Positions 42,205-55,250 of a DNA stretch of 64,000 bases are shown piece by piece. The translations under genes were made by a program, and so were the position numbers. Origin of the DNA: Octopus vulgaris (lineage: Eukaryota); NCBI GenBank assembly GCA_951406725.2, contig OX597822.1:83576001-83640000 (forward strand), written 5' to 3'. Below the pieces are notes generated by a model, which did no database searches, was not told the DNA's origin, and saw only the letters and a list, made by a program, of their open reading frames with translations. Each line of letters opens with the position of its first letter. Position 1 is the stretch's first letter.

Positions 42205-42628
42205 ATATCCTTTTCTACGCTAGGCACAAGGGCCAAATTCCTTTTTTTCTTTTTTTTTTTTTTGGAGCGGGTCAGTAAATTAGATCGACATCAGTACGCA
42301 CGCAACTGGTATTCAATTTATCGATCCGAAAGGATGAAAGACAAAGTCGACCTCGGCAGAATTTGAACTCAGAACGTAGCGGCAGATGAAATGCCTATTT
42401 CTTTATTACTCGCAAGGGGCTAAACATAGAGGGGACAAATAAGGACAGACATAGGTATTAAGTCGATTAAATCGACCCCAGTGCGTAACTGGTACTTAAT
42501 TTATCGACCCCGAAAGGATGAAAGGCAAAGTCGACCTCGGCAGAATTTGAACTCAGAAAGTAAAGACAGACGAAATGCCGCCAAGCATTTCGCCCGGCGT
42601 GCTAACGTTGCTGCCAGCTCACCGCCTT
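42205..42628 (-). mobile_element. SINE family A, dimeric form (internal unit duplicated)
   Basis: aaggatgaaag.caaagtcgacctcggcagaatttgaactcagaa occurs at about 42330 and about 42515. Confidence 0.92.
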
Positions 42629-42834
42629 TTTTCTTCACAATATCGTGACACCTATTCTAATCTAACAATATTGGCAGAACTAGCGTTCATAATCTTTTGT
42701 TAATCACTTTTTGTATTATCTAATATAAATCGGTGATTAACATCACCCGATTTTAATATCAAACCACCGACTCATAATGATACAGTGTTCAAATATTAGA
42801 GGTTTATATATTTATAGCTTTGTGGTATTATCGA

Positions 42835-42971
<137 letters not shown>

Positions 42972-43439
42972 GTATTTGTTTAGGTAGCCTCACTCCTTGA
43001 CATTAAAACTAATTTCTTAATGATCCTCTCATACGAACCGAATGATGCGGAAACCAAATGACAGCACACATATTTCAAAGTTTAACGTAAATTATACGCT
43101 TGGGAGACCCTGTTAAGTAATTAATCATATATAATGGATTCTGCGCATGTCATATGTATATCTAGTTAATACTTGTTCATAAATGGTATGCGTGTGAGGG
43201 CTTGTTTCTGTGCACACACATACGCGCACACACATTAATATATATACATGCATACACATATATACGCGCGTGCAGACATATATATACACATATAGGCAAA
43301 CATATCTACATATAATTAACTCAGTAATCCACAGACATTAAATGCTCGCCATCCAAGCCATAATTTTCTGAATTTTAGTGGAGGTCACTCTTGGACACTG
43401 TTTCAACTGTTTGCACACTGTAACTAACTAATACATATC

Positions 43440-44430
43440 CTGCTAAATCTTACAATTCAGCTCCACCAGCTGCATTTTTAACCAAAATTCTAGCTCCTTA
43501 ACAAGAATCTTTTAACCAAGGCGGTTCAAGTTTTCTTTTTCCATCTGTAGGAAATAACTTGGACGCCGTTTTCTACAGCATTTCCTTCTTTCTGAGAAAT
43601 GTCTTTCGATGAGTTTTATATATGTCAAAATGTTGGATAATTTGAATCCAAAGTCAAGTTTTGACGTACCATGTACTGGAGTTCAATATCTAAATTCGCT
43701 TCAAGACTGACATATTCAAACTGCCTGTAATCATAGATAATGCAAAACTGCGCAGTTGGTCCGAGTCATTGCAGTTAACTGATATTTACAACTGCCAATT
43801 AATCATTTAGAAATTCATTCAATACCAGTTTCATAAATATTAAATAAAATTCATTAGTTGCGTCTGGATGGGCCACGTGCTATTTTCTTGCATAATACTT
43901 GTCGTAAACTAGAAAATGTTATTTGAATAGAATCAGATGCAATTCTGTTGGCTAAGAATTCTCTTCAGTTCATTCTCTCTAATCATCTTGAGGCTGAAAG
44001 GTGAAACATGTTCAGTAATTTATATTTCCTGGAAGTTTCTCGCAAGTTTTTGTTAACAGTTAGTCGTTTCTAGAAGGTAATACCTCAGCAACATAGCAAA
44101 ATGCCAAGTGGAGGAAATGGCAAATGCTTTTTATGAGAATCAAGTTTAGATTCATTTCATGATCGAGTAGAGAGAGAGAGAGAGTTATTCAGACGAGAAA
44201 TTTCAGAAATCCCGTCTTTTGCAATAGCAAATCAGTTGGTAATATTAATTTAAACCCTGCTCGATAATTTTTCGCGAGCTGTTGCAACTTTTCCATTCGT
44301 AGTTTTACAATAAGAATTAAAGTGACACTCTATAATACAATTTCACTTTGTTGTTTCTTGTAAAATCAAACTAACGAACGTAAATGCTTCTCGCAAGCCA
44401 TATCAACTGACTCATCTGAATTTAAAGAGC
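43440..44430 (-). pseudogene. Decayed hAT-superfamily transposase
   Basis: Minus-strand fragments SDESVD (first catalytic D region), SICHFLHLAFCYVAEVLP (CxxH motif region) and DATNEFYLIFMKLVLNEF occur in hAT order, with many stops. Confidence 0.6.
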
Positions 44431-45598
44431 ATTTTTTATTTGTTATATCTTTAATTTATTTGTTCAGTAGGGATGAAGCAATAATATTTTCTTCTATGCA
44501 GTTTGATATAAGCTGTACTTAATCATAAATGAATTTGTTTTATAAGTTAACCTAAATATTCGATGATATTTGTGTGACCGGCTATAAATGTAATACATGC
44601 ATTCCTAATATATGGTTCTTTGATAGTTGGTAGCGAATTTCAGTTTATTATACAAGTAGGGTTTATGTTGAGCTGAATAAGTATGTAAGGTAAAATCGAT
44701 TTTGTGAGCTTGTATTTTAACCTTGCACACTTTATTTAAAGATTTATGACTATCGCGTTTTATTTCTCGCACTAAAATTGTAAATCCATAAACATGGACG
44801 TTTGGACATCTGCATCGTTCTTTGACCTCTTACTCATAGCATAAATGGTTATAATTTTAAAATGGTCGATGTTTAATATATAAAAAAATAATAAATCCAA
44901 ACTTCCGCACATTGACTAAGTAACTATTGCAAAAAAAAAGTCTAGGCTCACTATATTGTAATAGGAAACCCTGATATGGCATCTAGGTTTGTTAAAAGTA
45001 GTTGACAAACACTCTCTAACACTGCTGACTTAAAGAAAAAAGCATATATTGAAAAAAGTTAGATCACTCCGATATTTGTAAGATAGAATAATGATGCTAG
45101 AATTATTAATTTCTTCATAAACACGTATTACACAACAATGGCGAAGCCTACTTGGAAAGTCAAATAGTGATATTAACAGGGCCTCGGTCTAATCCTGTAA
45201 CATGTGAATATTTTTAAAATATATCATTTTTAATTACCAAAATATTTGGTGGGGTTAAGATTTTATTCTACATAACACAGAATACTGAAATATTTAAAGT
45301 ATATTGAGCGCACGTGTGAAGTTTTTGCAGGTTGTAATACCATCGGCAGGCCTGCTGCTTTTCTTTTTGGATTCTCTTATCGAATGGTCAATAATAAAAG
45401 GACTTCTAATCTGAAGACAATTTTCGTGGAATTTCATGTTGCAGCTTTTGTGAATGAATGCATTAGAGTTGTTATATTACTGTATCAAGTAAATTAATCT
45501 TCTAATAAATTATAGTGTTTTTATCGCCTGTTTCTCAAAGATTATGCATCCATAATACAATATAAATCAAAGTATTAAAGAATACATATAAATATATA

Positions 45599-46482
45599 CA
45601 GGATGCGATGAAGAAAACTGTCGTCTGAATTATGCACAAATGAAATTAACTGTGACATCTCTCATTTTAACAGATATATTTACCAAAATTGCATGAAGAT
45701 ATCTTGAAATACTAAAGTGTAAATTTATTCTATAAAATTGCCATTCGCTTCAGCCGCGGTCTCCAGACGACTTCGGAGTCTGTAGCTCTTCTGTACGGTC
45801 TCCGTCTTTAAGTTGATGAATACTACCATAATCCTTGCCTTCAGTTCATCTTTGGTGTTACAAGGAGTTTTATTGGTCAATTGCTTCGCACAACTGCGCC
45901 CTACACATAATAATGAAGAGGATTGCAGTCTGGGGAGTTAGGAGGTCAGATGTTAGAGATGATGTGGACGTAGAAATTGTCTGACAGCCACGCGCGAGTT
46001 CTCCTGCTTGTGTGGCATCGTGCAGATTCCTGTTGCCAGACATAGGGTCTTCCAGCAGCCACTCTCTTCACCCAGGGCAGCACTACCTCCTCTAGGTACG
46101 TGTTGAGTCTGAGGCCCTGTGGGAAGATGAATGGCGGCATAACGTTGCCATCACTAGTGATCACTCCAGACACCATGATTTTGACTGGATGTTTGACTTT
46201 TATCATTCTCAGTACATGTTTTGGAGACACGGCAAGCCAGTGGGTGTTCTGTATGTTCTGTATGTTCAACATCTGTTCGTATTGGAGCGTCCGGTGCGGA
46301 TGCCAAGTAGTACAGCATGTCGTTTCCAAATTTCTGGCAGAGTGAATTGCGTTTTGGTGCTGTTTTACTCACAAACAGTGCCCAACTGACCCTCCTATAC
46401 TGTGTAGTCGCCAAAATCAGAAACAATGCGCACGCGCGAAATTAAAAATACAATATGATGACAGTTTACCCATCGCAACCTG
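45599..46482 (-). mobile_element. Tc1/mariner DD37D (maT-like) transposon, internally deleted, with both TIRs and a TA TSD
   Basis: TIRs caggatgcgatgaagaaaactgtcgtc / gatgacagtttacccatcgcaacctg flanked by TA; transposase motifs KHPVKIMVSGVITSDG.VMPPFIFPQGLRLNT, RPYVWQQESARCHTS, *PPNSPDCNPLHYYV. Confidence 0.92.
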
Positions 46483-46483
46483 T

Positions 46484-46552
<69 letters not shown>

Positions 46553-47252
46553 TCTATACACCACTTCAAACATTCTAAGACAAATGTTCACTGCTTCTTT
46601 AAACACCGAGTCTCTTCATTATTCTTTTCTCAACACCAAATTCCCAACAATATTGCAATCAGATGCTGCTATCATACAATATATCCTGTATTTTCCCTTC
46701 GTTGTTTACTGTTCGATGCTTGATCAAATCAGATAAGATATCCTGACAGTTATCTTAAATGCTTTAAAACTGAAACATTGCTGAAGATTTTGCTAGTTTT
46801 TCGTGGAAAATACAATAATGCTTCTACCATGATCCTTATCTCCATTTGTCAAGTCTTTTGTAGATGTCTTCTGTACATTCGTTTCTCCCTCCCTCCCAAT
46901 TTACTTTACCCTCTTGTGTGTGTGTACGTGTATAAATATAACTGTGTATGTAAGTAAGCATAACTGTGTATGTATATTAGTATTGTACTTGATTTCGTTT
47001 TTCAACAAAATGATTTTATCACTTCTTGAACCATTTTCTCTATAACAAACTGTTTCTGAATGTCACAGCTTTTGTCTTTCACGCTGCTTTACATATAGTA
47101 TCTCTCTCGCCCTCATACATGCATACGCTAATACACGCAGTTATACAGATTCACACACACACACGCATTTTGTTTCAATCCACCACATTCTTACCCTACT
47201 TCTTCCAATATTTTGCTTGGTGTCTTTCATGTTTTCCCACGCATTCTCTGTC

Positions 47253-47301
<49 letters not shown>

Positions 47302-47524
47302 TGGCTCGCATACTATTTTTGTGAAACAGAGTGTGACCATACAGCCTGGATACCAAAAGTGGAGTCGATGCTGAAAATATCAACCATCAATTTCGTTGTA
47401 TAAATTAATTAAAAGTAGGCATTTTTGCTTATATATCCAAATTTTTCAGTTACCCTGTTATTTTATCCTCATCTTATATACGTATGTATATATTATACAG
47501 CTATCCATGCGTATGTCTATCTGA

Positions 47525-47785
47525 GACATCCGACTCGGCAATGACATCCCGGTCTCGCGCCATTTCCGCTCTACCGGTCACTCTTTGAAACACCTGTCCG
47601 TGTTCGGATTGTCCTTGCACAAGGGCCATCCGGACTCCGTGTTTCTTTCTGTGTTCCTTTATGTGGAAGAGCGTAGGCTCGAAACGTTAAAGACTTTTTC
47701 ACTTCCCGAGCGTTATACTAATACATCTGTTTGTTGTTTACACCACCTGTCTTCGTCTTTTGTTCTTTTTATTTAATTCCCCCCC
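47525..47785 (+). mobile_element. Penelope-like element remnant: GIY-YIG endonuclease C-terminal fragment joined to the P1 terminus with a hammerhead-like motif (47657-47692)
   Basis: 47525-47638 translates to DIRLGNDIPVSRHFRSTGHSLKHLSVFGL (the PV..HF...HS...L.V.GL pattern of PLE endonucleases), followed by ctttATGTGGAagagcgtaggctcGAAAcgttaaag. Confidence 0.8.
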
Positions 47786-47796
47786 ACCACCACCAC

Positions 47797-47844
<48 letters not shown>

Positions 47845-47856
47845 CATACACATTCA

Positions 47857-49080
47857 GACGCCAGCGTGATATACCTTGACTTTGCAAAGGCATTTAATAA
47901 AGTAGATCATGGCATGGCATATCCTAAGCTACGAGACCTTGGCATTCCTGGTAAACCGGGAGAATGGCTGTATGACTTCCTTAAAGACAGAAGTCAGACA
48001 GTTGCAGGCAACGGTGCCCTAGCTGAGAAAATTCAAACACTAAGTGGCGTCCCCCATTTTGGGGCCGTTACTGTTCATAACATTCCTCTTAGACATGCCC
48101 ACGGTCGCTCGAACAGCCTTTGGCACTAGCTATGCCGATGATACAAAATTATCACAAGCAATAAAAAAATCAAGATGACATTGCAAGCTTACAGCGGGAC
48201 CTGAATTCGATATACAAGTGGGCCTTAATAAACAACATGCAGTTTAATGCTGCAAAAATTTTAAGCACTGCACTATCAACTCACGAATGCACTACATCCT
48301 GCATACACGTGACCCGAAGGCACTACATTCCCAGAGTCACTGGTAGTAGGTGCGATGACGCATCATTTTATATGCTTGTTTCCAAGATTGCAGTAAAGTG
48401 CAGACGACTGGCAGGATTGATACTGATATACATCCTTCAATACAAGAGACCAAGAAACTATGTTGACCCCGTGAAGAACCTTTGTTCTCAGCCGCCTGGA
48501 CTACTTCTCCCAGTTGTGGTGACCACATCGTGCCAAACTAACAGCGGACATTTAATCAGTCCAACGCGACTACACTAAAAAGATTGTGCAGTGGATGAGC
48601 TACATGGATAGCCCGATAAAACTGCAACTTTATTCTCTAGAGCGAAGGCGCGACAGATGAGTAATAATCTACATATGGAAAACTCTAGAAAGGCTTAAAC
48701 CTAATTTCGGCATTGAGTGTTATACAAATGCCAGAACTGGTCGCCATTGTATTGTACCAAAGATATCATCCACTCCTTCTAAATTCAGGACCCGGTACTG
48801 CAATAGTCTAGGATTCAAAGGCCGACAAATATTCAATGCCCTCCAATACAAATTAAGAAATCTGCATAAAGTGGAAATAGGTGCCTTCAAAAAGGAACTA
48901 GACATCCTCCCCTCAACAATATCAGATGAACCAACAGCCCGAGATGATGTACAGACGAGGGCTAACCAAATGAGCTAACAGCGGGGACGAAGGCACATAC
49001 AGGAGTGGTGATGTGAAATTAGAAATACCATGGTAGTGCTCCAGCATGACCGCAGACACATTACTGAAACGAGTAAAAGT
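47857..49080 (+). mobile_element. 5'-truncated CR1-group LINE (reverse transcriptase, decayed) with 3' tail
   Basis: VIYLDFAKAFNKVDHG, WLYDFLKDRSQTV, SGVP, SYADDTK, LQRDLNSIYKWALINNMQFN, LYSLERRR, IFNALQ..LRNL, FKKELD..SDEP; tail gtgctccagcatgaccgcag..actgaaacgagtaaa. Confidence 0.92.
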
Positions 49081-49106
49081 GTTATATATATATATACATA
49101 CATATA

Positions 49107-49193
<87 letters not shown>

Positions 49194-50074
49194 CAGATAG
49201 AAAGAAGTGGTGCACATATTTTAAGCATATGTTATTGATAACATTCATAAGATTGAGTTTTGCTTTCTAATACTTTTACTGTGTCCGTGTTTCTCCGACA
49301 GGCTTTGTTTAAAACAACGTCATTTGTTACAAAGCCATTGATATAAAACATCAATTATAAAACTTTACTCGGTAGAACGTTTGCATTCTTCTACATTACT
49401 TAAATTAACAGAATAAAACAAGCTATTCAACAATGGATAGGAAAATAACTTAGACAACAATGAAGTAGAACAAATTCTGCAGAAAAGCTTACAGTCGTCA
49501 CAGTATCCGGTAAAAGGAAAATATCGTGCAAAAATAAACCGCAACTACACTCGCACATAAAATATATTCTGCCTAATTGACAGATAAACACACTGTCAAT
49601 GAAAGCGTGTGTAAGAGATAAATTACCTACAACAACTTTACACTAACAAGCTATCTTTAATGAGGAACCACAAAACTAAATAAACTGCAGATGACAAGTG
49701 TAATTTCTATATTTAACTGAAATCTTGAATTTTCTAAACGCTCTCACTATTATATTCCACGTTCAATTAATTAACAGATATTCCTTCTGGTTGGCCAAAC
49801 ATGCTAAAGAAGCATTTATAGCGATTTACCGTCTTACACAACCGAACAACAAAAGCATATCCAAAAAACATCCACCTTTAACCAAATTCTATGTAAAATA
49901 TAACTAACGTGAGGAAGTTTGGTCTTGTAAGCTATGTAAATAACAAACTATGACACTAGGGGCAAATACTAAAGAATAGCAATGTACTATAGAAACAAAC
50001 TAAGACCAAATGGCAAACTTAATTATTAAATCACTGCTAAAAGGAAACTGATATCAAAATAAATGTTTTTTAAT

Positions 50075-50230
50075 CTACTATAGGCAGCCGATGATCTCGA
50101 ATTCAGTGATCAACTGGTATTTATTTTATCGACCTCAAAAATATAAATGCCAAAATCGAACATCGGAAGAATTCAAACTCATAAAGCTCTAAGAAATGCT
50201 AGTGGGAGTTTGGTTGGCGTGCAAACGATT
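50075..50230 (-). mobile_element. SINE family A, heavily diverged
   Basis: caactggtatttattttatcgacc..catcggaagaattcaaactc..gcgtgcaaacgattctgc. Confidence 0.6.
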
Positions 50231-50669
50231 CTGCACGCTCGTAACCTTTCGGGTGGTCACGATAATTTACAACCAAGTAATAATAACGATAAATCAATCG
50301 TAGCAGCCTCAGCAAGATATATGTCGATAAGAAAACCACAGTGACAACAGCTAAATTCATTTCATGCCTAAATTTAAACTGAACAATACGTGAAGCTTCA
50401 GTTAACCTTAGAAATGTATTTCACAATGGAAATCTCAAGAAATTTCAATAAACCAAGTCACAACAGAGGAATAGTCGGGCGTGTTTTTTTTTTTTTGTTT
50501 TGTTTTAGCGTATAAATGCGTCTATGTGTACATGTGTGGTTCTGTCTAACTTACCTACTCTCGGTGTTCTGTGCGTTAGAAAACATATTACTTCGTTCGA
50601 TTTATATATTTGACATTATATATGTAGTGTCCGTCAGTACCTCCTAAGTCCCTCTCTACTTGAATTTTA

Positions 50670-51296
50670 TGATGAAATATGTTTTTAAGTACACTTTACA
50701 ATATATGGGTTGTATTAAGAAGTGCGCATTGCGAGCTAAATCGATGGATAAGAGAAATTATAGAAGGAACACATGTAGGCAATCAATACATATTCCAAAG
50801 CATAATTTAAATCACACAACCAACTCAATATCCATATAAATTTATATAAATAAATGAATCAAATTGCATATCAAAATTATATGTGAACACTATGCATCAT
50901 GTACGTTGGGTTCAGGCACCGGATGGAGAAGTGACAAATATAGAGATAAAATTCCCGAGTAAGGACTTCCAAAAGGAAATGTTAGAGAAGCGTTCATGTA
51001 ATTCCGCATTTCGGTCATCATCCCTACACTTGTCAAAGGAGAAAGCTTTCCATCTGAGCCTATTAATGAATTCGGTCATTTCATGTAGCAAGGCTTCCAT
51101 GTCAAAATCCTGAGACGGAATAGAAATATTTTTAGTTGAAATATCCAGATACGGATTCTTCATTACGTACAGCTCATAAAAAGTGCTCACAAGAACCAAT
51201 TGTATAAAACTGAATTTTCTTATAAAGTATGATTTTAATTATACTTCACAATATATGGGCTGTATTAAGAATTGCTCATTACGAGTTAAATCGAAA
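50670..51296 (-). mobile_element. Penelope-like element remnant: N-terminal ORF segment between about 70-bp direct repeats (pseudo-LTR-like)
   Basis: ORF 50912..51199 contains STKNISIPS..LLHEMTEFINRLRWKAFSF (the S.KNIP.P..F..RMRWKA.F PLE N-terminal pattern); direct repeats at 50672-50743 and 51225-51294. Confidence 0.75.
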
Positions 51297-51319
51297 TACG
51301 TCACATTCTAAGATATATG

Positions 51320-51504
51320 CGCCATGATTGATCGCTAGACACTAAACCTTTTCTTTAATTTTCTCTCTCTGCTTATTTATGCGTTCCTTTCTGTTGAAGA
51401 GCTTAGGCTCGTAACGTAAAAGACTTTCTCACTTCCTGTCCGTTAAATTTATACATCTGTTGTTTACACACCCGTCTTTCGTTTTGTTTCTTTTTGTAAA
51501 TTCC

Positions 51505-51507
<3 letters not shown>
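51320..51507 (+). mobile_element. Family P1 unit (about 188 bp) with a hammerhead-like motif at 51387-51422
   Basis: Colinear with the reverse complement of 9638-9826; ends in ttccaac then (TA)n. Confidence 0.78.
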
Positions 51508-51564
<57 letters not shown>

Positions 51565-51569
<5 letters not shown>

Positions 51570-51730
51570 ATCCAAACAAGAAAGCACAAAAAAACACAAC
51601 ATCGCGAGGACGTGGAACAGATATAGTATTATTGGACGCTCAGGAAAGAAGGAAAGAAGGCGGGTTTAACGTTTCGAGCGGAGCTCTTCGTCGGAAACAT
51701 AGGAGAAGGAAAGATCCAGAGAAGAGAAGG
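51565..51730 (-). mobile_element. Family P2 terminus with a hammerhead-like motif at 51664-51698
   Basis: The minus strand reads gtttCCGACGAagagctccgctcGAAAcgttaaac; the 3' end ggattaac abuts (TA)n. Confidence 0.78.
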
Positions 51731-51803
51731 GATCTATATGTGTATAGATAGATAGATAGATAGTTAGATATATATATACACACACATACACACATACACA
51801 CAC

Positions 51804-51878
<75 letters not shown>

Positions 51879-51941
51879 TATACACATATATTATAATAAT
51901 AATAAAACATAACAATATATATATATCTTAATATATATATT

Positions 51942-52117
51942 CACGGCAGGAGGGGCAGATGAGGGCAGCTGCATCGAACTCTCTCATGCACCAAATAGCA
52001 GTTGCTAGAAAGCCTCCATGAAGTGAAACCAAGTAGCAACACCAAATGGCGGTGCCCCAGCATGGCCACAGCTCATAAGCTGAAACTAGAATCAATCAAT
52101 CAATCAATCAATCAATC
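51942..52117 (+). mobile_element. Extreme 3' end of a CR1-group LINE with a (TCAA)n tail
   Basis: RQEGQMRAAASNSLMHQ..* followed by ggcggtgccccagcatggccacag..gctgaaac and (aatc)n. Confidence 0.75.
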
Positions 52118-52130
52118 ATATATTATTCAC

Positions 52131-52350
52131 AGGGCGGCGAGCCAGTATAAACGTTAGCACGCCGGGCGAAATGCTTAGCGACATTTCGTCTGTCTTTATG
52201 TTCTGAGGCCAAATTCCGCCGAGGTCGACTTTGCATTTTAGCCTTTCGGGGTCGATAAATCAAGTACCTGTTGCGTACTCAGATCGATCTAATCGACTGG
52301 CCCCCCCTCCACAAAAACTTCGGGCCTTGTGCCTAGAGTAGAAACGAATT
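52131..52350 (+). mobile_element. SINE family A, well conserved
   Basis: Full head, body and cgggccttgtgcctagagtagaaa tail. Confidence 0.92.
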
Positions 52351-52924
52351 CATTTATATATCATTTATATATGTTTTTCTGTGTATAAGTGTATGTGCAT
52401 ATGTTATAGCTTTAATTAAGTGCATATGATGTATGTATGTATGTGTGTAGTATGTATATGTATAGTTTGAATGGGTGTGTGTGCATAATTCATTCTTCAA
52501 TTGTTTAAAACTGCAAATTGTTGTTTATTGCTATACTTAACGATAACGATTCATATATATTTACTCACGGATTTAAACGTACATTTATGATATCTAGAAG
52601 ATCTGCTAGACTATTCATTCTATATACTACCAAAAATACATTAATCTGACAGGCAACTAGCAATAAACATGGCGCCTTTTCATGTAAAAGTCTTTAAAAT
52701 CTCTGTATGTGACTCCGCCTGTTATCGATGAAAACTTCACTTACAAGCCCAACAATGTAAGACTGCTTGAAACTTAATTGTAATGCCTCTAGTCATCTTG
52801 TGCCTAATATTATAATTTCAAATAAATTTCTGTCAAGAATATTGGGAGAGACAAGTACATAGTCATTAAAAGAATAATCTTTATCTATGTTTAAAGTATA
52901 TAACAAAACGAAACCTGGTCCTCC

Positions 52925-53160
52925 GTCGCTCACAACGACGACTGTTCCAGTCGACGCGACCAGCTGAACAGTATGTTCGTGAAATTAACGTACAAGTGGC
53001 TGAGTACTCCAGAGACAAGCGTGCTCTTAACGCAATTCTCAGAGAGATTCAGCGTGACACAGAATGTTACAAGGCTGCCCCTTTGAAATACAAATACAGC
53101 TCATAGAAGACAAGACTTGTGCAACGTGAAATGAAGTGTCTTGCTCAAGAACGCATCATT
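52925..53160 (-). mobile_element. SINE fragment (CORE-like, another family)
   Basis: The minus strand has gcgttcttgagcaagacacttcatttcacgttgc, similar to the bodies of 4571-4781 and 11165-11410. Confidence 0.6.
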
Positions 53161-53209
53161 GAGTCTGTGTCGCATAACCTATTCGCATTTTAATAAAAAG
53201 ATTTATGTC

Positions 53210-53279
<70 letters not shown>

Positions 53280-53393
53280 CGTGTGTGTGTGTGTGTGTAT
53301 ACGGAGTGAGTAAGAGAGACATGTGGTCTGGGCTGAAACCAGTAAAAGATGAAAAATATATAGAGGGAGGCAATAAGGTTACTATAGAGTTAA

Positions 53394-53432
<39 letters not shown>

Positions 53433-53697
53433 CATACATACACATATATATATATATATAGAAAAGATATATATATATGTACACATATACATATATATAC
53501 ATATATATTTATATACATATACATATATATACATATATATATATACAAATTATATATACTTATACATACATATATATAAATATACACACTAATATATATG
53601 CATAATATATACACAAATTTAAAATGGCTGAAGACTAGCATCGCTCTTGAAATCCAAATATACCAACGTATTTGAATCAAATTCTTTGATCCATACA

Positions 53698-53736
<39 letters not shown>

Positions 53737-54724
53737 ATGATTAAACAGTTGAAGGCGATGCCCCAGCATGGCCACAGTCCAATGACTGAAGCAAGTAAGA
53801 AGGAAAAAACGAATATTTCGGTTGAATCGATACTGGACTTGATTAGTAATTATCGAATACAGAAAGAAAAAGGTGAAGTTATAATTAAATAATGTAAGAT
53901 ATTTAAAGAACCACCGTACGATTTTTGGATATCTTCTACTTGGGTGGTTCAAATGAAATTATGCTATGTCAAGTAGTAGCAGCCTCACTGCACACTAATA
54001 CGGTGAAGATAAAATTTGACAGCTGTGGATATTATTATTATTAAAGCTCGGTGAACGAAGATGAAAATATAAATCGCGATTTATTTTAACTGTACACAGA
54101 ATTTTGATCCTGGCGCGTTTCAGGATCTCAGGTTTCTCTGCACTCGAAGATGAAATCTCCAGGAATGCATTAAAGATAATATTGATATCAGCTCATTGCG
54201 GAAGTCTTAATTATATTTAAATCGTTCAATTTTGTTCAATGGTTTCAGGATTGGATTCCACTATGTAATTTTGATATCGAAATTTTTGATAATTATATTA
54301 AGCAAGTTGAATCTTAATGCAACCATATTTCTTAGAGATGCGAAAAGTGATGCCTGCCTTTTGGGTACTGAACCGTTAAGAAAAATGAGTTTCGTCAACT
54401 CGCTAAATAAAGAAATTATCTTTCTTTCAAATACTTCAATGAAAAAAGAAAGAAAACAATTACATTTTCGCTTCAATGTATCGTTTATTTCATTGCTGTT
54501 CTTTCTAAGAAACGTAGCTGGAAACTGTATCATTAAGAGAATTTAAATTGCTCTCTAGAATCGAGGGAAGTTTTCACAAACTAATTACATTAAATTCAAA
54601 CATATATTGAAAATACAGGTCTTAAAAACAATATGTTACATCATTACAGAGAGTACGGAAGAAGTTTTAGCGGACATAACCGAATTCAATATATAACAGA
54701 CACATTCCTATAAACATAACACGA

Positions 54725-55250
54725 AAGGCAGTGAACTGGCAGAAACGTTAGCACGCCGGGCGAAATGCGTAGCGATATTTCGTCTGCCGCTACGTTCTGA
54801 GTTCAAATTACGCCGAGGTCGACTTTGCCTTTTATCCTTTCGGGGTCGATAAATTAAGAACCAGTTACGCACTGGGGTCGATCTAATCGACTTAATCCCT
54901 TTGTCTGTCCTTGTTTGTCCCCTCTATGTTTAGCTCTTTGTGGGCAATAAAGCAATAGGTATTTCGTCTGCCGATACGTTCTTAGTTCAAATTCCGCTGA
55001 GGTCGACTTTGCCTTTCATCCTTTCGGGGTCAATTAAATAAGTACCAATTACGCACTGGGGTCGATATAATCAACTTAATCCGTTTGTCTGTCCTTGTTT
55101 GTCCTTTCTGTGTTTAGATACTTGTGGGTAGTAAAGAAATAGGTATTTCGGGGTCGATTAATTAAGTACGAGTTGCGTACTGGGGTCGATCTAATCGACA
55201 GGCCCTCTCCCCCAAAATTTCGGGCTTTGTGCCTAGAGTAGGAAAGAATA
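54725..55250 (+). mobile_element. SINE family A, trimeric form (184-bp internal tandem units)
   Basis: Units start at 54777, 54961 and 55145 (atttcg...); the third is internally deleted and ends in the gggctttgtgcctagagtag tail. Confidence 0.92.
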
